This document shows, one piece after another, positions 1 to 12,966 of a stretch of 64,000 nt of DNA. Where the stretch lies: assembly GCA_040437565.1 (NCBI GenBank), contig JBDOQK010000004.1, forward strand, positions 558,001 through 622,000. Direction: 5' to 3'. A program made the translations under genes and the position numbers. Numbering within the stretch: the first letter of the stretch is position 1; each line of letters begins with the position of its first letter. This DNA comes from Albugo candida (lineage: Eukaryota). The notes under the pieces are model-generated. The model was not told where the DNA came from. It saw nothing but the letters and a program-made list of their open reading frames with translations, and did no database searches.

Positions 1-2828
1 CTAACAAGCTGTTATTAAGCACACAGATGGCATCGTAATCATTCACAAGGTGGTTTGATCGAGAATGCAATCAGTCACCTGTATTATTATTATTAATTGA
101 CGTTTTCGCGGTGGTATCAAATCCGAAGAGTAGGATTCTAGCTTTCGTTACGTCTGACAGATTCCTTCTGAGGTAGTGGCACCAGCTGTATATTGACATT
201 GGCTCAGGGCTTACCTATGAGATGCGACCTTCCTAGGCTTAACTGAAAGGACGCAATTCGTACGCGTAGCTGAAAGCACATATCAAACAAAATCAACGAG
301 AATGAGGTTAAGAGGTTTGCTGAGTGCTTGCTGTACCTGGCTGTACTCTGTGCTTAGGCTTTCGCTTGACCTAATTGAATTAGAATGATGTGGAGAACAT
401 GTGACGAGTCCTTATTACTGGAATTGAACGTGGTCAATTAAGCCTCGATGAGCTCCAACATGAGCATGCTGAAAGGGGGGGGGGGAAGCTCAATGATAGC
501 GAAAGCCATTTACTTGACGAATTTCCAACTTATAAGACATAGTCATGTCTCGAAGTGATCAGATACAAGCCGAAAAAGAATATCATTTTACGCGATTACG
601 CGTATAATTTCTTGCTGACCAACTCGATGACACTTTCGGCTCCTTTGATGTATACATAATCCTCGCTCTTGTCTACGTGCGCTCGACCAAACTTTATGAA
701 CACCCTACTCAGCTAACTCTTATTAAGTCGTCTTCGTCGTTTGATGAAGTAAGGAAGCGAAGCAAGCACAGATCATGCAAACGTCGATCGCAGTAGTTAC
801 ATTTTTGCTGTAAACACGTTCCTTTAGGACTTGTGTTGGACAATAAGGAGAGGCGGAGGGTAAAGGACAAATACAATTCACGGATATCATGATCAAAAAC
901 TACTCGAGCATAAATCTGCAGATACAGCAACAGCAATATCTATCTGCATAGGTATTTGGCAGCCGGTGAAATGTCCATCCCTTGCGCCTATAAAAGGAAA
1001 GTGTAAATTTGCGGTCAGGGTTTTGGTCAAATATGTGCTAAATATCACTCGAGATCGTCACATTCCATTCTACGTGACTGTTTGCACCGTGAGACAGAGT
1101 CATTCCGCTTAATGCTAAATCGATTTCGAGGTGATTTTACTCGGTTGATTTAAAAAAAAGATTACACAGCGATCAGGAAGGCCCCGTGTCTAGCTCGTTC
1201 TAGCTACTAGATTGAAAAACCAGTGAGTAACGTGGTCGATTGCAAGAGTCATTTGTGCTGCACGGGCCTTCATTGTTTTGTATGCACTTGAATATGTCCA
1301 TGGGAATATTCCATCAAGAAATTTTTCGGATAGCCATCACATAAGTATGATTTGCATTATGAGTAGATCTCATGTTTTGAGTTCTTAGCAAACACCGCTT
1401 CTTTCAAAGGCAGAAAAAATGCATTGTACTCATGTGGAACCATTCTCAAAAACGTTTCTGCTTCCTGTATCTTTATTATTGGATTCATTTATCTCGCGGA
1501 CACGAATCTTCCAAGTTTAAACTTGTACATTACTACTACCGCTATTCTAAAACTATCGTGCCGTGTTCAAAAAATGTAAGTTGGCAATTCGATGAAAAGG
1601 AATGAGTAATAGAAGGTGCTGGTTTTATCTGTTCGTTTGGGAAGTTGGAAGGAGAAATTTATCGAATTATCAATCCAATGCAGCTGGTTTAGTAATCCCA
1701 TGAAGTCTCCATTGATCGACGATATAATGAGTAGGATAGTCTTGCTCACGAAAACGAAACTGCATGCTATCCAGTTGATGCATGCCTTCCGTAAACTACT
1801 TCGCTTCCAGCATTGTGGAATACTGCAGTATGTTAAATTATCGAGGAGTGTTCGTCTGGAATTCAATCGCCAACGCAAAACGAATGAGTGATCGAGAAAT
1901 CAAATCTTAATTGTTTCTGATGGGGAATATGCGGTAATTATCGGATTTTGATGAAATGAAACTAAAGAAAAGAAATTTGAGCTGACAGTGAGGACTATAG
2001 GCTCCGCTGTTAGAGTTATTGGCATCATCTCTTCCGTATAACACACTATCACTCTATATATGCAGGAAATTATCTGTCCAAAATAATTGTCCCCTCACGT
2101 GCCGTTAATATCGAGACGGCGTTCCCTTCGCTACCAACTACAATCAACTGCACGCGGACAATGTAGAATAGAATTTCCCTAGACACGATTTTATACGGTC
2201 TTGATTCCGCTGTACTCTAGGGACTGACATATAGCGGAGGAGCCATGAACCTAAAATTGCGGTATGTCTACTCCAACTGTTCGCATTATGAGACTGCAAC
2301 GAGTCAGCGTCCAAGTTCGAGGTAAGAAATATTGTACTGAATAGCTTTGTTCTAGTCACCGAGTCATATGACTCGAAGACGGGCGTTATACGAACGCATT
2401 AAGAAGGTCCTGAATTCGATCTAACCGATCTCATATGCACTCCGTAGCTTGTTCTGACATCAATAAGTAAATATCCTTATATATGTAGTAATCAAGAAGT
2501 AAAGATTTGATTTATATGTAGTAATTTGACGGCAGGCGTAGCTCTGAAGCATAAAAGCGAGAATTTCCGCTCAGCTTTTAGAATACCCATATGGCAATGG
2601 ATTGAGGGACCCACAAGACGCTTAACTATCATGCACAATCAATGCAAGTATACGAAAATTCTTATCTTTGATCGGTGTGACAACCAGCGAGCATACATCC
2701 TGTATCAAGTGCAATGAATGAGTTCTCAATATTCTGCCAGCCAATGAGGACACTACAACACCACAAGATTTGAACCAATCCACATCGTTCTAATTCAGTA
2801 CCAGTTATTGGATCAAAGCGAATACATA

Positions 2829-3191
2829 ATGGCGAAAAGCATACGCTCCAAAATCAAGCGCAAATTTCGCACAGAGCTAAGAAAAAGAATCGGAGTCCCT
2901 CATTTGCAGAAACAACAAGAAAAAATACAAGAGGAACTAAAGAAAGCTATAGCTTCACCAACAAATTGTGCGTCTGTATTGGAATTGAAACACATAATGG
3001 GAGCATCGGAAGCACCTATTGCTTGTCAGATGTCGACCGAGAATATCAAAAATGAAGTGGAAATGACTGATGTCAGTGCTGGTCAAGTGAGGAAAAGGAA
3101 GCTTAAAGGTAACGGCAAAAAGCCACAGCGTAAGAAAACCCAAAAAAACAAATTTGTTCAATTTCACTTACTTCGGAAAAAAGGTAGCTGA
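2829..3191 (+). CDS. LLPH: LLP homolog (LLPH/LAPS18-like) small basic nucleolar protein
   Basis: ATG at 2829 gives the N-terminus MAKSIRSKIKRKFRTELRK, matching the MAKSLRSK.KRK.R signature of LLPH-family proteins; Lys-rich C-terminus; single exon, 120 aa. Confidence 0.7.
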   Translation: MAKSIRSKIKRKFRTELRKRIGVPHLQKQQEKIQEELKKAIASPTNCASVLELKHIMGASEAPIACQMSTENIKNEVEMTDVSAGQVRKRKLKGNGKKPQRKKTQKNKFVQFHLLRKKGS

Positions 3192-3688
3192 TTGTATATA
3201 TAATAAACCAAGAGCTCTTTCACGTCCTCACGAGCGAATTTGTGCGAACCCTTTTCTCCGAAGCTTTTAAAAAAGCACAGTATTTCTATTACTCATGAAA
3301 TAAAGGTAGATATCGAGGAACACAAATCAGAGCATCAACGTTGCATACGATCGTTGACAAGTATGGTACGATTCGTGATCTCTCTCAACCATCCGATAAT
3401 CCCAGCAGCTTCTTCACAAGTAAAAAAAACGAGCGCGTAGAGCCTCATTGACCTACATTTCGATTGGGAGCTTGCCGTACTCTATTTCATTCACAACGCT
3501 TCCCGCTACCACATTCCGTATTGTGCATCCCAATTGGAATGCTTTGAGGAAAAGCGATATTTCCATACTATGACATGTACCAGTTACTAGGAAGCTAATA
3601 GCACAACCCCTACTGCTCGCGTTAGGCGCGCGATGTAAGTATCGAGGTGTTTTGTCTCTGTGAGGTGCTACATCATGATTTTGAGCTA

Positions 3689-4645
3689 TCAGAGCAATTT
3701 GTGTTCGCTTTCGATTGGATTTCGTGCATGAAAGACACGATAGTGGTGGTTGAGCGACTTTATACTTTGGAGAAAGATTCCTGAGCCACCCAAAGCTCCA
3801 TGAGAATCGTTTTTCTTGTAAAAGATAACACGACGAACTCTGCTATGAATTAGCGCCATCGCACACATGACACACGGCTCAACGTCCGCATAAACGTCGT
3901 ACGAGGTACACAGATAAGACGTAAGCGTAGTTGATTTCTCAAGCTTGTGATTTTCTTCAGTATCTTGGGCAGCGCTTTGATCTTTGCAAGCTCGATCACG
4001 AAGGGCGACTTGGTCTATGGCAATCATGATAGGATGATACGTGGTCCGAAACGCATACTTTTCATCTCTCATCGAATGAAAAGATTGACAGATCACTTGA
4101 TTTGATGTTGCATCAACAAGTAGACAATCATGGCTACACTGAAATTGATGCAGGAAATCAGCGTTGTCTAATTTTTCTGAACGCGTTGTTAGCATTTTCA
4201 TGTATTCTCCCGCTCGAAGAGAGTCTTTATCGGTGATATCCTCGTGACGTAAGCTTTCTGGAGACACACTCGAATGGAAAATCAGTGGCCAAAGCTTCGT
4301 ACGGATGGCCCACAGCTCCTTCGACTTTGGTTGCTCACAGTAGACGTCATGTGTATGTAATTCACCCTGAAATTGCGTTTTCAGGTCTTCCCTATTGTCC
4401 TTGTACGATAAATTATCAAGACGAACGGGATGAAGCAGGGCAATAAGCTGATCAGTTTCCGTGTGTTTCTTGATTCGCTTCAAATGAGGGTATCCTTGCT
4501 GGACTAAAGTTCCAAAACGATTTGTTAATAGCTTCATAACCATACTACCATGTTTATTTGAAAAGCTAAGAACGTAAAATGGCTCCATAGCTTCGCTGTC
4601 GGCATCGCTTTCCACTCCACAAATCTCGTCCAAAACCCATGACAT
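3689..4645 (-). CDS. ADAT3: tRNA-specific adenosine-34 deaminase, non-catalytic subunit (ADAT3/Tad3)
   Basis: N-terminal HLKRIKK and WPLIFH motifs; zinc-deaminase motif EPCVMCAMALIHSRVRRVIF; YLCTSYDVY; LNHHYRVF. HPI replaces the catalytic HAE, as expected for Tad3. First ATG at 4645. Confidence 0.9.
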   Translation of the reverse strand: MSWVLDEICGVESDADSEAMEPFYVLSFSNKHGSMVMKLLTNRFGTLVQQGYPHLKRIKKHTETDQLIALLHPVRLDNLSYKDNREDLKTQFQGELHTHDVYCEQPKSKELWAIRTKLWPLIFHSSVSPESLRHEDITDKDSLRAGEYMKMLTTRSEKLDNADFLHQFQCSHDCLLVDATSNQVICQSFHSMRDEKYAFRTTYHPIMIAIDQVALRDRACKDQSAAQDTEENHKLEKSTTLTSYLCTSYDVYADVEPCVMCAMALIHSRVRRVIFYKKNDSHGALGGSGIFLQSIKSLNHHYRVFHARNPIESEHKLL

Positions 4646-4954
4646 AATTAGATTATGTCGACCACACAATCTAGTGATCTGGAAGTTGCTACCTCGGAAA
4701 TGTAATACTACTCTTCACAACAGCTTTGAGGGTATCTCTTTGCACAACTGGATATGTCATGCAAGCAGCAGTGATACACATGAAATCGCTCAGAAAGCTT
4801 ATAATGCTGTGGAAATATAAGTGAATGCAATATGTAGAAGAAAAATCGTCTTAATCAGGTAGCGGCTTCGATCCTAGGATTCTTACGTTGTGTGCAGAAC
4901 AAACGCTATAATAGGACAAACCAATCAAATTCATCTAATACGCTTCTGAGCTGA

Positions 4955-7471
4955 ATGGCGTCGGCGATGCCAACGGACGATGGTAGCAACGCCACGAAGG
5001 CACCTCAAAATAACAATAGTAAGAAGAATAAGAAAGGTGGAGGTTTCCAACACCTGGGACTTAGTAACCCTGTGTACCGTGCTGTTATGGCAATGGGATA
5101 CAAAGTTCCTACGCCAATACAACGCAAATCTCTTCCACTCATTCTGTCAGGCAAAGATGTTGTCGGTATGGCGCGCACAGGAAGCGGGAAATCCGCCGCT
5201 TTCCTAATTCCACTCATAGAGAAACTCAAAGAACACTCGACACGCGTCGGATTGCGTGGGTTAGTGCTCGCACCGACGCGAGAATTGGCACTTCAGACAC
5301 TCCAGTTCACTAAAGGACTTGCTAAATACACAAGTCTTCGTATCTCACTTATTGTGGGAGGAGAAGGCATGGAGCAGCAATTTTCAGCCCTTGCGAGCAA
5401 TCCAGATATTCTCGTCGCTACACCAGGACGACTCATGCATCACTTGCAAGAAATTCCAGATTTCAACTTGAAATCTGTAGAGTATGTTGTTTTCGATGAA
5501 GCTGACAGACTATTTGAAATGGGGTTTGCTGACCAATTGCATGAGATTCTCTCACAGATGCCTCTCAATCGACAAACATTACTTTTCTCCGCCACCTTGC
5601 CAAGTGTGCTAGCCCAATTTGCTCGAGCAGGACTCAATGAACCAGCGATGATACGTTTGGACGTAGAAAATAAGATGTCGGAAAATCTGAAAATGGCATT
5701 TTTCACTGTGCGATCAGATGATAAGCCCGCTGTCTTTGTACACCTCGTTCGAGATTTTTTGCCAAAAAGCGATCAGACTATTATTTTTACGGCTACTCGC
5801 CATCACGTGGAGCTTTTGCACCAATTGCTCAACGCCAACAACATTGAATCCTCTTGTGTCTACGGCGAAATGGATCAAACTTCACGAAAGCTCAACATCG
5901 CTAAATTCAGAGCAGGAAAGACCAATCTACTCCTTGTCACAGATGTTGCAGCACGAGGAATCGATATTCCTTTACTGAATAACGTTATCAACTACTCATT
6001 CCCTCCAACAGCCAAACTATTTGTTCATCGTGTAGGGCGAGCTGCAAGAGCCGGCAAGAGTGGTACTGCTTTCAGCTTACTAGACCCAACAGAGTATCCG
6101 TTTCTTGTAGACCTTCACTTGTACATTGGCCGTCGACTAGAGGATTCGTCACCTGTCAATTCTGAGCCTTACTCGCTGAAGGAGATGCAAGTTCAGCACA
6201 TCCATTATGGCTCTTTTCCGTGCGAGATCACAGATCGGGAAAATGAGCAAATCCAATATCTACTAAAGCATCATCCTATCGTGTCACCGCTCGTCAAAGT
6301 GTGTGACAACGCGTCAAAGTTGTATCAAAGAACACGCGCTGATCCATCGAAGCTCTCTATCAAACGTGCAAAAGGATTACAAATACAATGCCATCCACTC
6401 TTCAAAAAAGATTTTCTGGACCACGATAGAGCCGAAAAAGAAGAATGTCTCGCTAAAATTCAAACTTTTCGCCCAACCCAAACGATCTTTGAAGTCGCAT
6501 CATCTCGAGCCGTTCCAGGTACCAAGAAGTCAAACACGACATCAGCGATGAGTGTGATGGCAAGCAAGCGCAATGCCCATTCTAAAATCATTGAGAAACA
6601 TGCAAGTAAAGACGCAGAGGTGTCTCATATCAGCATCCCAATCGAGCGATATACTACCCCAACATGCTTTCCAGCACAAGTCGTAGCGCAAACGGAGCCG
6701 AAAAAAGGCCGCTATCTATCCAAACATGCGCGAAAACAGCTCCGAAGGCGTGTTGCAGCAGGCGAAAGTCAATCTGATGTCCTGGAAAATCTCTTAGCAG
6801 CGCAAGACCAGCGAAATGAGCCGACTTCTGATACTATGGAAATTCGCCAAACGCAGGTGAAGCCAGAATTCAAAGATCAGGATAATTATATCGACACTGC
6901 CAAATCAGAGAGAGAATTGATGGATGGCAGTTTTTTTAACCAAGTGGACGACCAAAATGCATTTTCGAATCGATTAGATGCATCCACATTAGATCTTAAT
7001 CCCGATGACGCTTTGCAAATGAACCGAAAACGACGCATTGTACATTGGGACACTCGAAAGAAAAAGTATGTTCGCACCATGGCGCAAGATCTAACAAAGC
7101 AGGGAACTGTACGGAAGAAACCACCCGCACACGAGTATATACGGACTGAGAGTGGAATCAAAATTAAAGCCAAAAAGCAGCAATGGGGAGAATTGTACAA
7201 AAAGTGGCAGCAAAAGCAAAATCGTTCGATCCGTCCTGGACTCGAAGAAGACGAACGAGCTGGAAATATCGATTATCGTCACAAGAGAGTCAAGCTGAAA
7301 GGTGTCAAAAATGAGCTGCAGAGTGAGCAAATGATACGGAAAGAACAAGTGCGTAAAGGGAGATCCCAGTCGAATTATAAGACCGATAAAACATCTCACA
7401 AGCCTCGAAGAAAAGGAGGCTCGCATGGAGCGCCAACCAGAAGCAAATCGATCATTCGGAAACGAAGATGA
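4955..7471 (+). CDS. DDX54: DEAD-box ATP-dependent RNA helicase DDX54/Dbp10 (60S biogenesis)
   Basis: Q motif GYKVPTPIQRK, ARTGSGKS, PTRELA, TPGRL, DEAD, SAT, ARGIDIP, HRVGRAARAG; Dbp10-type C-terminal WDTRKKKYV...IRTESGIKI...GELYKKW; single exon, 838 aa. Confidence 0.95.
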   Translation: MASAMPTDDGSNATKAPQNNNSKKNKKGGGFQHLGLSNPVYRAVMAMGYKVPTPIQRKSLPLILSGKDVVGMARTGSGKSAAFLIPLIEKLKEHSTRVGLRGLVLAPTRELALQTLQFTKGLAKYTSLRISLIVGGEGMEQQFSALASNPDILVATPGRLMHHLQEIPDFNLKSVEYVVFDEADRLFEMGFADQLHEILSQMPLNRQTLLFSATLPSVLAQFARAGLNEPAMIRLDVENKMSENLKMAFFTVRSDDKPAVFVHLVRDFLPKSDQTIIFTATRHHVELLHQLLNANNIESSCVYGEMDQTSRKLNIAKFRAGKTNLLLVTDVAARGIDIPLLNNVINYSFPPTAKLFVHRVGRAARAGKSGTAFSLLDPTEYPFLVDLHLYIGRRLEDSSPVNSEPYSLKEMQVQHIHYGSFPCEITDRENEQIQYLLKHHPIVSPLVKVCDNASKLYQRTRADPSKLSIKRAKGLQIQCHPLFKKDFLDHDRAEKEECLAKIQTFRPTQTIFEVASSRAVPGTKKSNTTSAMSVMASKRNAHSKIIEKHASKDAEVSHISIPIERYTTPTCFPAQVVAQTEPKKGRYLSKHARKQLRRRVAAGESQSDVLENLLAAQDQRNEPTSDTMEIRQTQVKPEFKDQDNYIDTAKSERELMDGSFFNQVDDQNAFSNRLDASTLDLNPDDALQMNRKRRIVHWDTRKKKYVRTMAQDLTKQGTVRKKPPAHEYIRTESGIKIKAKKQQWGELYKKWQQKQNRSIRPGLEEDERAGNIDYRHKRVKLKGVKNELQSEQMIRKEQVRKGRSQSNYKTDKTSHKPRRKGGSHGAPTRSKSIIRKRR

Positions 7472-7789
7472 TCAATCCCTTTTATCTCATCAATATATGA
7501 ATGTGTGGCGATATGTCGAACTGAGGGATCACTATCAATCTTCGTTTCCTTCATTATTGCTCCTCGTTGTTCAGAACGTGATACATGCTGTCTTTACATC
7601 ACAATGGCTTGATCGATAGCTTTCCCGCACGTTTCCTTTGGACATTGTATGCGCTTATGACGACAATCCTTTGTGGTGTGCGATACATAAACAGATGGTG
7701 ATTGGAGGAAATCTTCGTTACTTACAGGCTTTTCATCCAATTATATAAATAGCTCTTAGCGTTTGGCGAATCTGTGGCTCCCATTTTTC

Positions 7790-10700
7790 ATGACGAAAGT
7801 CGCAACGTACAGGCGGCTTTCAGGAGTATTTTACATGCGTTGGACACTTCTCACTTCGATTCTTCTTGCATTTGCGCCTCAATGTGATAGTCGTGGTATC
7901 CATGTGAATGTTACTGCTTCGTGGAAGAGTGCGATCACATATCCATTGGTTGAGATCAGGTACATAGAAGCAACAATGCATCACCGCTACATCACGCTAA
8001 CGTACCAAATTGAAGCGAGTTTCTCGCACAGGAAGATCCTGCTCTGTTTTGGCAATGGATTGATCTTTTGGGAGCTGGTGAAATGTTTCCGACCAAAATG
8101 CACGAAGAAATTAAGGATACAAACACCGAAGTTGTTCTTGATGTTTCTGGAGACGCTGAGTCGTCCGTCACGTATCCTCTTAGGTCCTGGCAAGAATTGA
8201 CCGATGAAGTTCAATCTACAATTGAGACAATCGCATCGGAAGCGATGAAGCTTGCAGATACATTACTTCCTTCGCACCATAATGTATGTGGTGCAACTTG
8301 AATTCCAAACATTCGCTTACAAACTTTTTATATAGATAATGAAACTTGCATTGCTTACACGGAGTTATTCTCCTAAAGTAGAAATGTTCCGACAAATGGC
8401 ATTAGACTCCATGTATCATGCTCCATGTGAGATACACATAAGTTCTTGGGCGATTCTGACAAGCCCAACGTGTGTCTTGGCTTATGCATGCTCCAAAACC
8501 CAGTTGGAGGCGCTTGTACAAGATCTTCATGAAAACTCTTCATCATGTGTCAGTCCTGCCAGGAATGACAAAGTATTTCCAGTAGATCATGTATTTGTAG
8601 GCAGTAAAGAAGAAAACGCTGCTTCCCAGAATCTCACATTCATACTCTATGGTACGATTGCGACAAGTCTATTCTACGACCTTCACAAAACAATCAAACC
8701 ATTTGCTGAAATTGGTCGATTCACGTACATTGTTCGGCACTATAATAGGGACTCTTTGCTTCCTACTCTGCTGCAAGGTTATGGTGTGAGCTTGGACATC
8801 AAAAATATGGAATATAAAGCCATAGACGACGATGAAACGGATAAATTTGATGAGAATCACGGTGTATCGGGAATGGAAGATCTTGAAGGTCTTTTATTCG
8901 AAAAACTGGTTCAACATAATGAAGCTTTGAAGGAAGGCTTGGAGCAATTCCAAGAAACAATGTTGAAGAAGCAAGTCGAAGACATAATCCATGAAGAGGA
9001 ACAACTTGAAACGTGGAATTTGGATAACTTGGGTATGGTTGCTGCATTCGAAATTCTTCAGTCTAAAGATCCACTTCGGCACATCAAAACACTCTCTCAA
9101 GACTTCCCAAAGCACGCAAAACGACTTGCGATGGCAAAAAACTCATTACCCCCCGAAATAAGAGAGATTTTACAACAATGGCGAAGTTCCGTCGTGAATC
9201 ACGATTATCTCGACACTCTGGTCGTGAATGGAATTCCCATTTCTGCAACGCGAGGCTCGTTAAATATTTTCGATCTGATGCAGTTGATTCAGCAAGAGTG
9301 GTCTCTTGTCAAAAAGTTTTCAAACATTGGCTTACCGGAGCACGATATCGTGCAGCTACGTGAAATCGGGATGGAGTCACTAAAAGAGGCTCAATATGGA
9401 ACAGAAAAGGTTGTTCGTATCATGATACGAGGACCGCTCGATGGTATCACACCATTCTACTTGAACAACATCGAAACAAACCCTGCTTTTGCTCGCCTTC
9501 CAAGCTCGATCAATACTTTGAAATCTCCCGCTTGGAACCTTATACAAATACGCCGAAACATGTACGAAGTAACTGTGATTTTTGATCCCACAACTCAATC
9601 AGGCGTGGCAGTCCTGCAAGAAATGCAGTTTCTTCTGGTAAGAGGTGCGCCTATACAATTCAGCATATTACCCACGTCGAAAGAATTGATGAATACCGTC
9701 AATCTTCAAGAGCGCACGAAATTAATCCAGTCGTGGAAACAAGCATCGCTCGGAGAAGCTGCAACAGCTCTCCATTTCAGCAAAATCGTTCTTCTAATCA
9801 GGGACCAAGCGCTTCAAGATGACGCAGATGATAATGGCGATTCTCTCATATCACAATTTCTAACATTGATACCGACATTGGATGTGGGCTATACGATTTC
9901 TAAGCTGATTGGGATTTTTCTCGAGACAATAGATAATGAAGCAGAGACAACAGAAAAAGTGTATGCTGTCTTGAAAAGCAGTCGTTTTGATGAAGAATTT
10001 ATCTCCATGAGTGAGTTTGTGTTACGCAAACATTTGCCGTTTGAATGTTATCTTTTCAACGGAATCATCCAATCTGGACTATCGATACAAGAAAAACTCA
10101 TGGAGAATTTCGGGCGCGATCAACAAATATACCAAACCTTAGCGAGAGCTGATGATTTATCGGACAAGCGAGATCTGATTGAGCAACTACTCGAGTCTCA
10201 AGACACATTCAACTCATACTTTACTATCTACTCGGATTCTACAAGCGAAGTTGACTTTCAGTCATTCATCTTTGAACCAAAACCAGCTTTATCGCTATTA
10301 AACAACGATCTCGATGGAGCACTGGAACGCATGTTGCTACATCACGTCTCGTACTTCCATCCTATCGATTCAGCATCGATCCCGAAGAAAGAAACCTTGA
10401 TTTTCCTCGTAAGTGTGCAGAGTCCCAAAGCGTGTGCGCACGCCTATCATGGTGTTGCTGAGCTTTTGCGCACAAATCCGAAAAATAGCTCGAATGTGCG
10501 TGTAGGAATTGTTCACCTACAGGAAGCGAGTCCGTCAGGCTTGGATGAAGACAGAAAGAATGTAGCTCAATTGATTCTTGATATAATGTCGAAGGCAGGC
10601 ACCTCGGATAAACGAATTGTGCTGGAAATACTTGCACAAGCGCTCAAGTGCCAGATGGATGGTAAAACGTACGAAGAAAGCAAACAAATTTTGCTTGAAC

Positions 10701-12919
10701 TGCTAGCAGCACATGAGCCAAATCTCGCTGCGGAATGGAAAGAATTCGTCAAAGCTCATATCACATTCCCCGAACTGCAAGTTGATCCGAATATACAACA
10801 ATTGAGTGGATTGATGATATCGTCCAGTGGTCAATGCGGTCATGGCACAATGACCAAACTCACTCCAAGCACATCTCATCTGTTCTTAAATGGTCGATGT
10901 GTTGACTTATCAGAGTATGTAATTGGGGATTCCGACATCGAAGACTTGCTTGCTTACGATTTGAAAAGTCGAACCGAAGATGCAGCAAAAGTTGTGTTGA
11001 AAGATGAGGTTTCCGAGATGAGTGTGGAAGAAGCGAGTTTGCAAAGCCTATACCTTATGAAGGTATGCGGTCTCTTAGATCAGCACCGACGCTGGGATCG
11101 GTACAATGCACTGGAATTAGTGACGCTACCTGGTTCCAAGGACCATCCAATGATCCACATTGACGGAGATTCGACGCTGAATGTGGTCGCGTTTCTCGAT
11201 CCATTGACAGAGGCAACTCAGCGAATGAGTTCTATCTTACAGACTCTTCACACACAATTGAATGCCACGATCGATGTCATTCTCGTTCCTGGTTCCGAGT
11301 ACTCGGAATTCCCATTACGACGATTTTATAAATACGTCTTTGGTAGTGCTCCTCTGCGTGTCGGTAATTCTATCATGATTGGCGCTGCATTTCGAAATCT
11401 GCCCATCAAACCGATACTCACAATGAACATTGATACAGTGGAAGAATGGAATGTGCATACATACGAATCGCGTTATGATGCTGACAATTTACTGGTGGAT
11501 CCACAGAACGAGGCAGAAGTAAGAGGCACAAAAACAGTGTCGTTCATCTTGAAGAATTTACTCGTATATGGCCGGTGCGTTGATATTACAGACGGCCGAA
11601 TGATTCCACCGAATGGTTTGCAGTTGGTTTTGGATCAACGATTAGGAAGTGAAACACTGAGTCATGATACTTTGGTCATGCGGAATCTTGGGTATTTTCA
11701 ACTGCAAGCAATTCCAGGAGTCTGGTCTCTTCATCTTGCAAGAGGTCGTGCTGCCAATTTGTATGAGATCGTAATGAATCATGGCGATTCGAACGCTGAA
11801 ACGGAAGCTGTGCATTCGATCCCAATTTTCATTTGCGACTTTAATACTCGGCAAACCAATTTAGTTGTGAAAAAACGACCGGGAAAGGAACTAATTGCGC
11901 TACTCGACTCGGATGAATACGATAAGGCTGATCACGTTGAGGAAGATATGAATGAGGCTGGCCATACCAGATCGTTCCTGAATTCGTACTGGACCTCCGT
12001 TTCCAGCTTGCTCGCACGAAGGAAATCCGCAGCACCGATCTCTACTGATAAAGCGATGGAAGACTCAAAGGATACGATTCATGTCTTCTCGCTCGCTACC
12101 GGACATTTGTATGAGCGATTTTTGAAAATTATGATGCTCAGTGTCGTCAAGCGTACCAAAAGCGACGTGGTGTTTTGGCTGCTTGAGAATTTTCTGTCCC
12201 CCAATTTCAAGCGTTCGATTCCAGCGTTACAAGCTGAATTCGGCATCAAAATACGTCTTATTACGTACAAATGGCCCAAATGGCTTCGTCGTCAAACTGT
12301 CAAACAAAGGATAATATGGGGATACAAGATCTTATTTCTCGACGTTCTGTTTCCTCTTAATGTCAACCGCATCGTTTACGTTGACGCAGATCAAGTAGTC
12401 CGAGCTGATTTGAAGGAGTTGTGGGAAATGGATTTGAAGGGAGCAGTATACGCATACGCTCCTTTCTGCGGATCTCGAAACCTCGGCTTTCAATTCTGGC
12501 GTGAGGGATTTTGGAAGTCGCATCTGCAGGGAAAACCGTATCATATCAGCGCTTTGTATCTCGTCGACCTTAAGCAGTTCAGAAAGATTGCGGCTGGGGA
12601 TACTTTACGGGGCATCTACGAACAACTGAGTAGCGATCCAAATTCTCTAGCCAACTTGGATCAAGATTTACCAAACTTTGTGCAGCATAACATTCCAATC
12701 TTCACGTTGCCACAAGAATGGTTATGGTGTGAGTCCTGGTGTAGCGATGAGACAAAGGCAGAAGCGAAAACAATCGACTTGTGCAATAACCCAAAAGAGA
12801 AAGAGCCTAAACTCGACATGGCCAAACGTGTTATTTCTGGGCATTTATTCCAAGAGAGTTGGATCGAGTTGGACCAAGAAATTCGGGAAGGTGAGAAGAG
12901 ATCCCTTGCCCGCATGTGA
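7790..12919 (+). CDS. UGGT: UDP-glucose:glycoprotein glucosyltransferase (GT24); exons 7790 (or 7835)-7959, 8016-8283, 8336-12919
   Basis: Signal-like MRWTLLTSILLAFA. Splicing GT-AG introns 7960-8015 (branch GCTAAC) and 8284-8335 restores LVEISEFLAQEDPALFW and joins the 1526-aa ORF in frame. Motifs: LQGYGVSLDIKNMEYKAIDD, NLGYFQLQA.PG.W, GHLYERFLKIMM, WGYKILFLDVLFP, DADQ, LANLDQDLPN, WLWCESWC, TIDLCNNP. Confidence 0.95.
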
Positions 12920-12966
12920 ATCACATTTGCCTGTATCTCCTCGTTACCAACAAATGGCAAGAAATG

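Noticed and set aside
1-2800. Short ORFs at 709-936, 1567-1891, 2144-2359 and 2526-2717
   Set aside because: No recognisable motifs, mostly non-ATG starts, no consistent splice structure.
4931-12960. Many antisense and alternate-frame ORFs overlapping DDX54 and UGGT
   Set aside because: Shadow ORFs of long coding sequences with no independent motifs.
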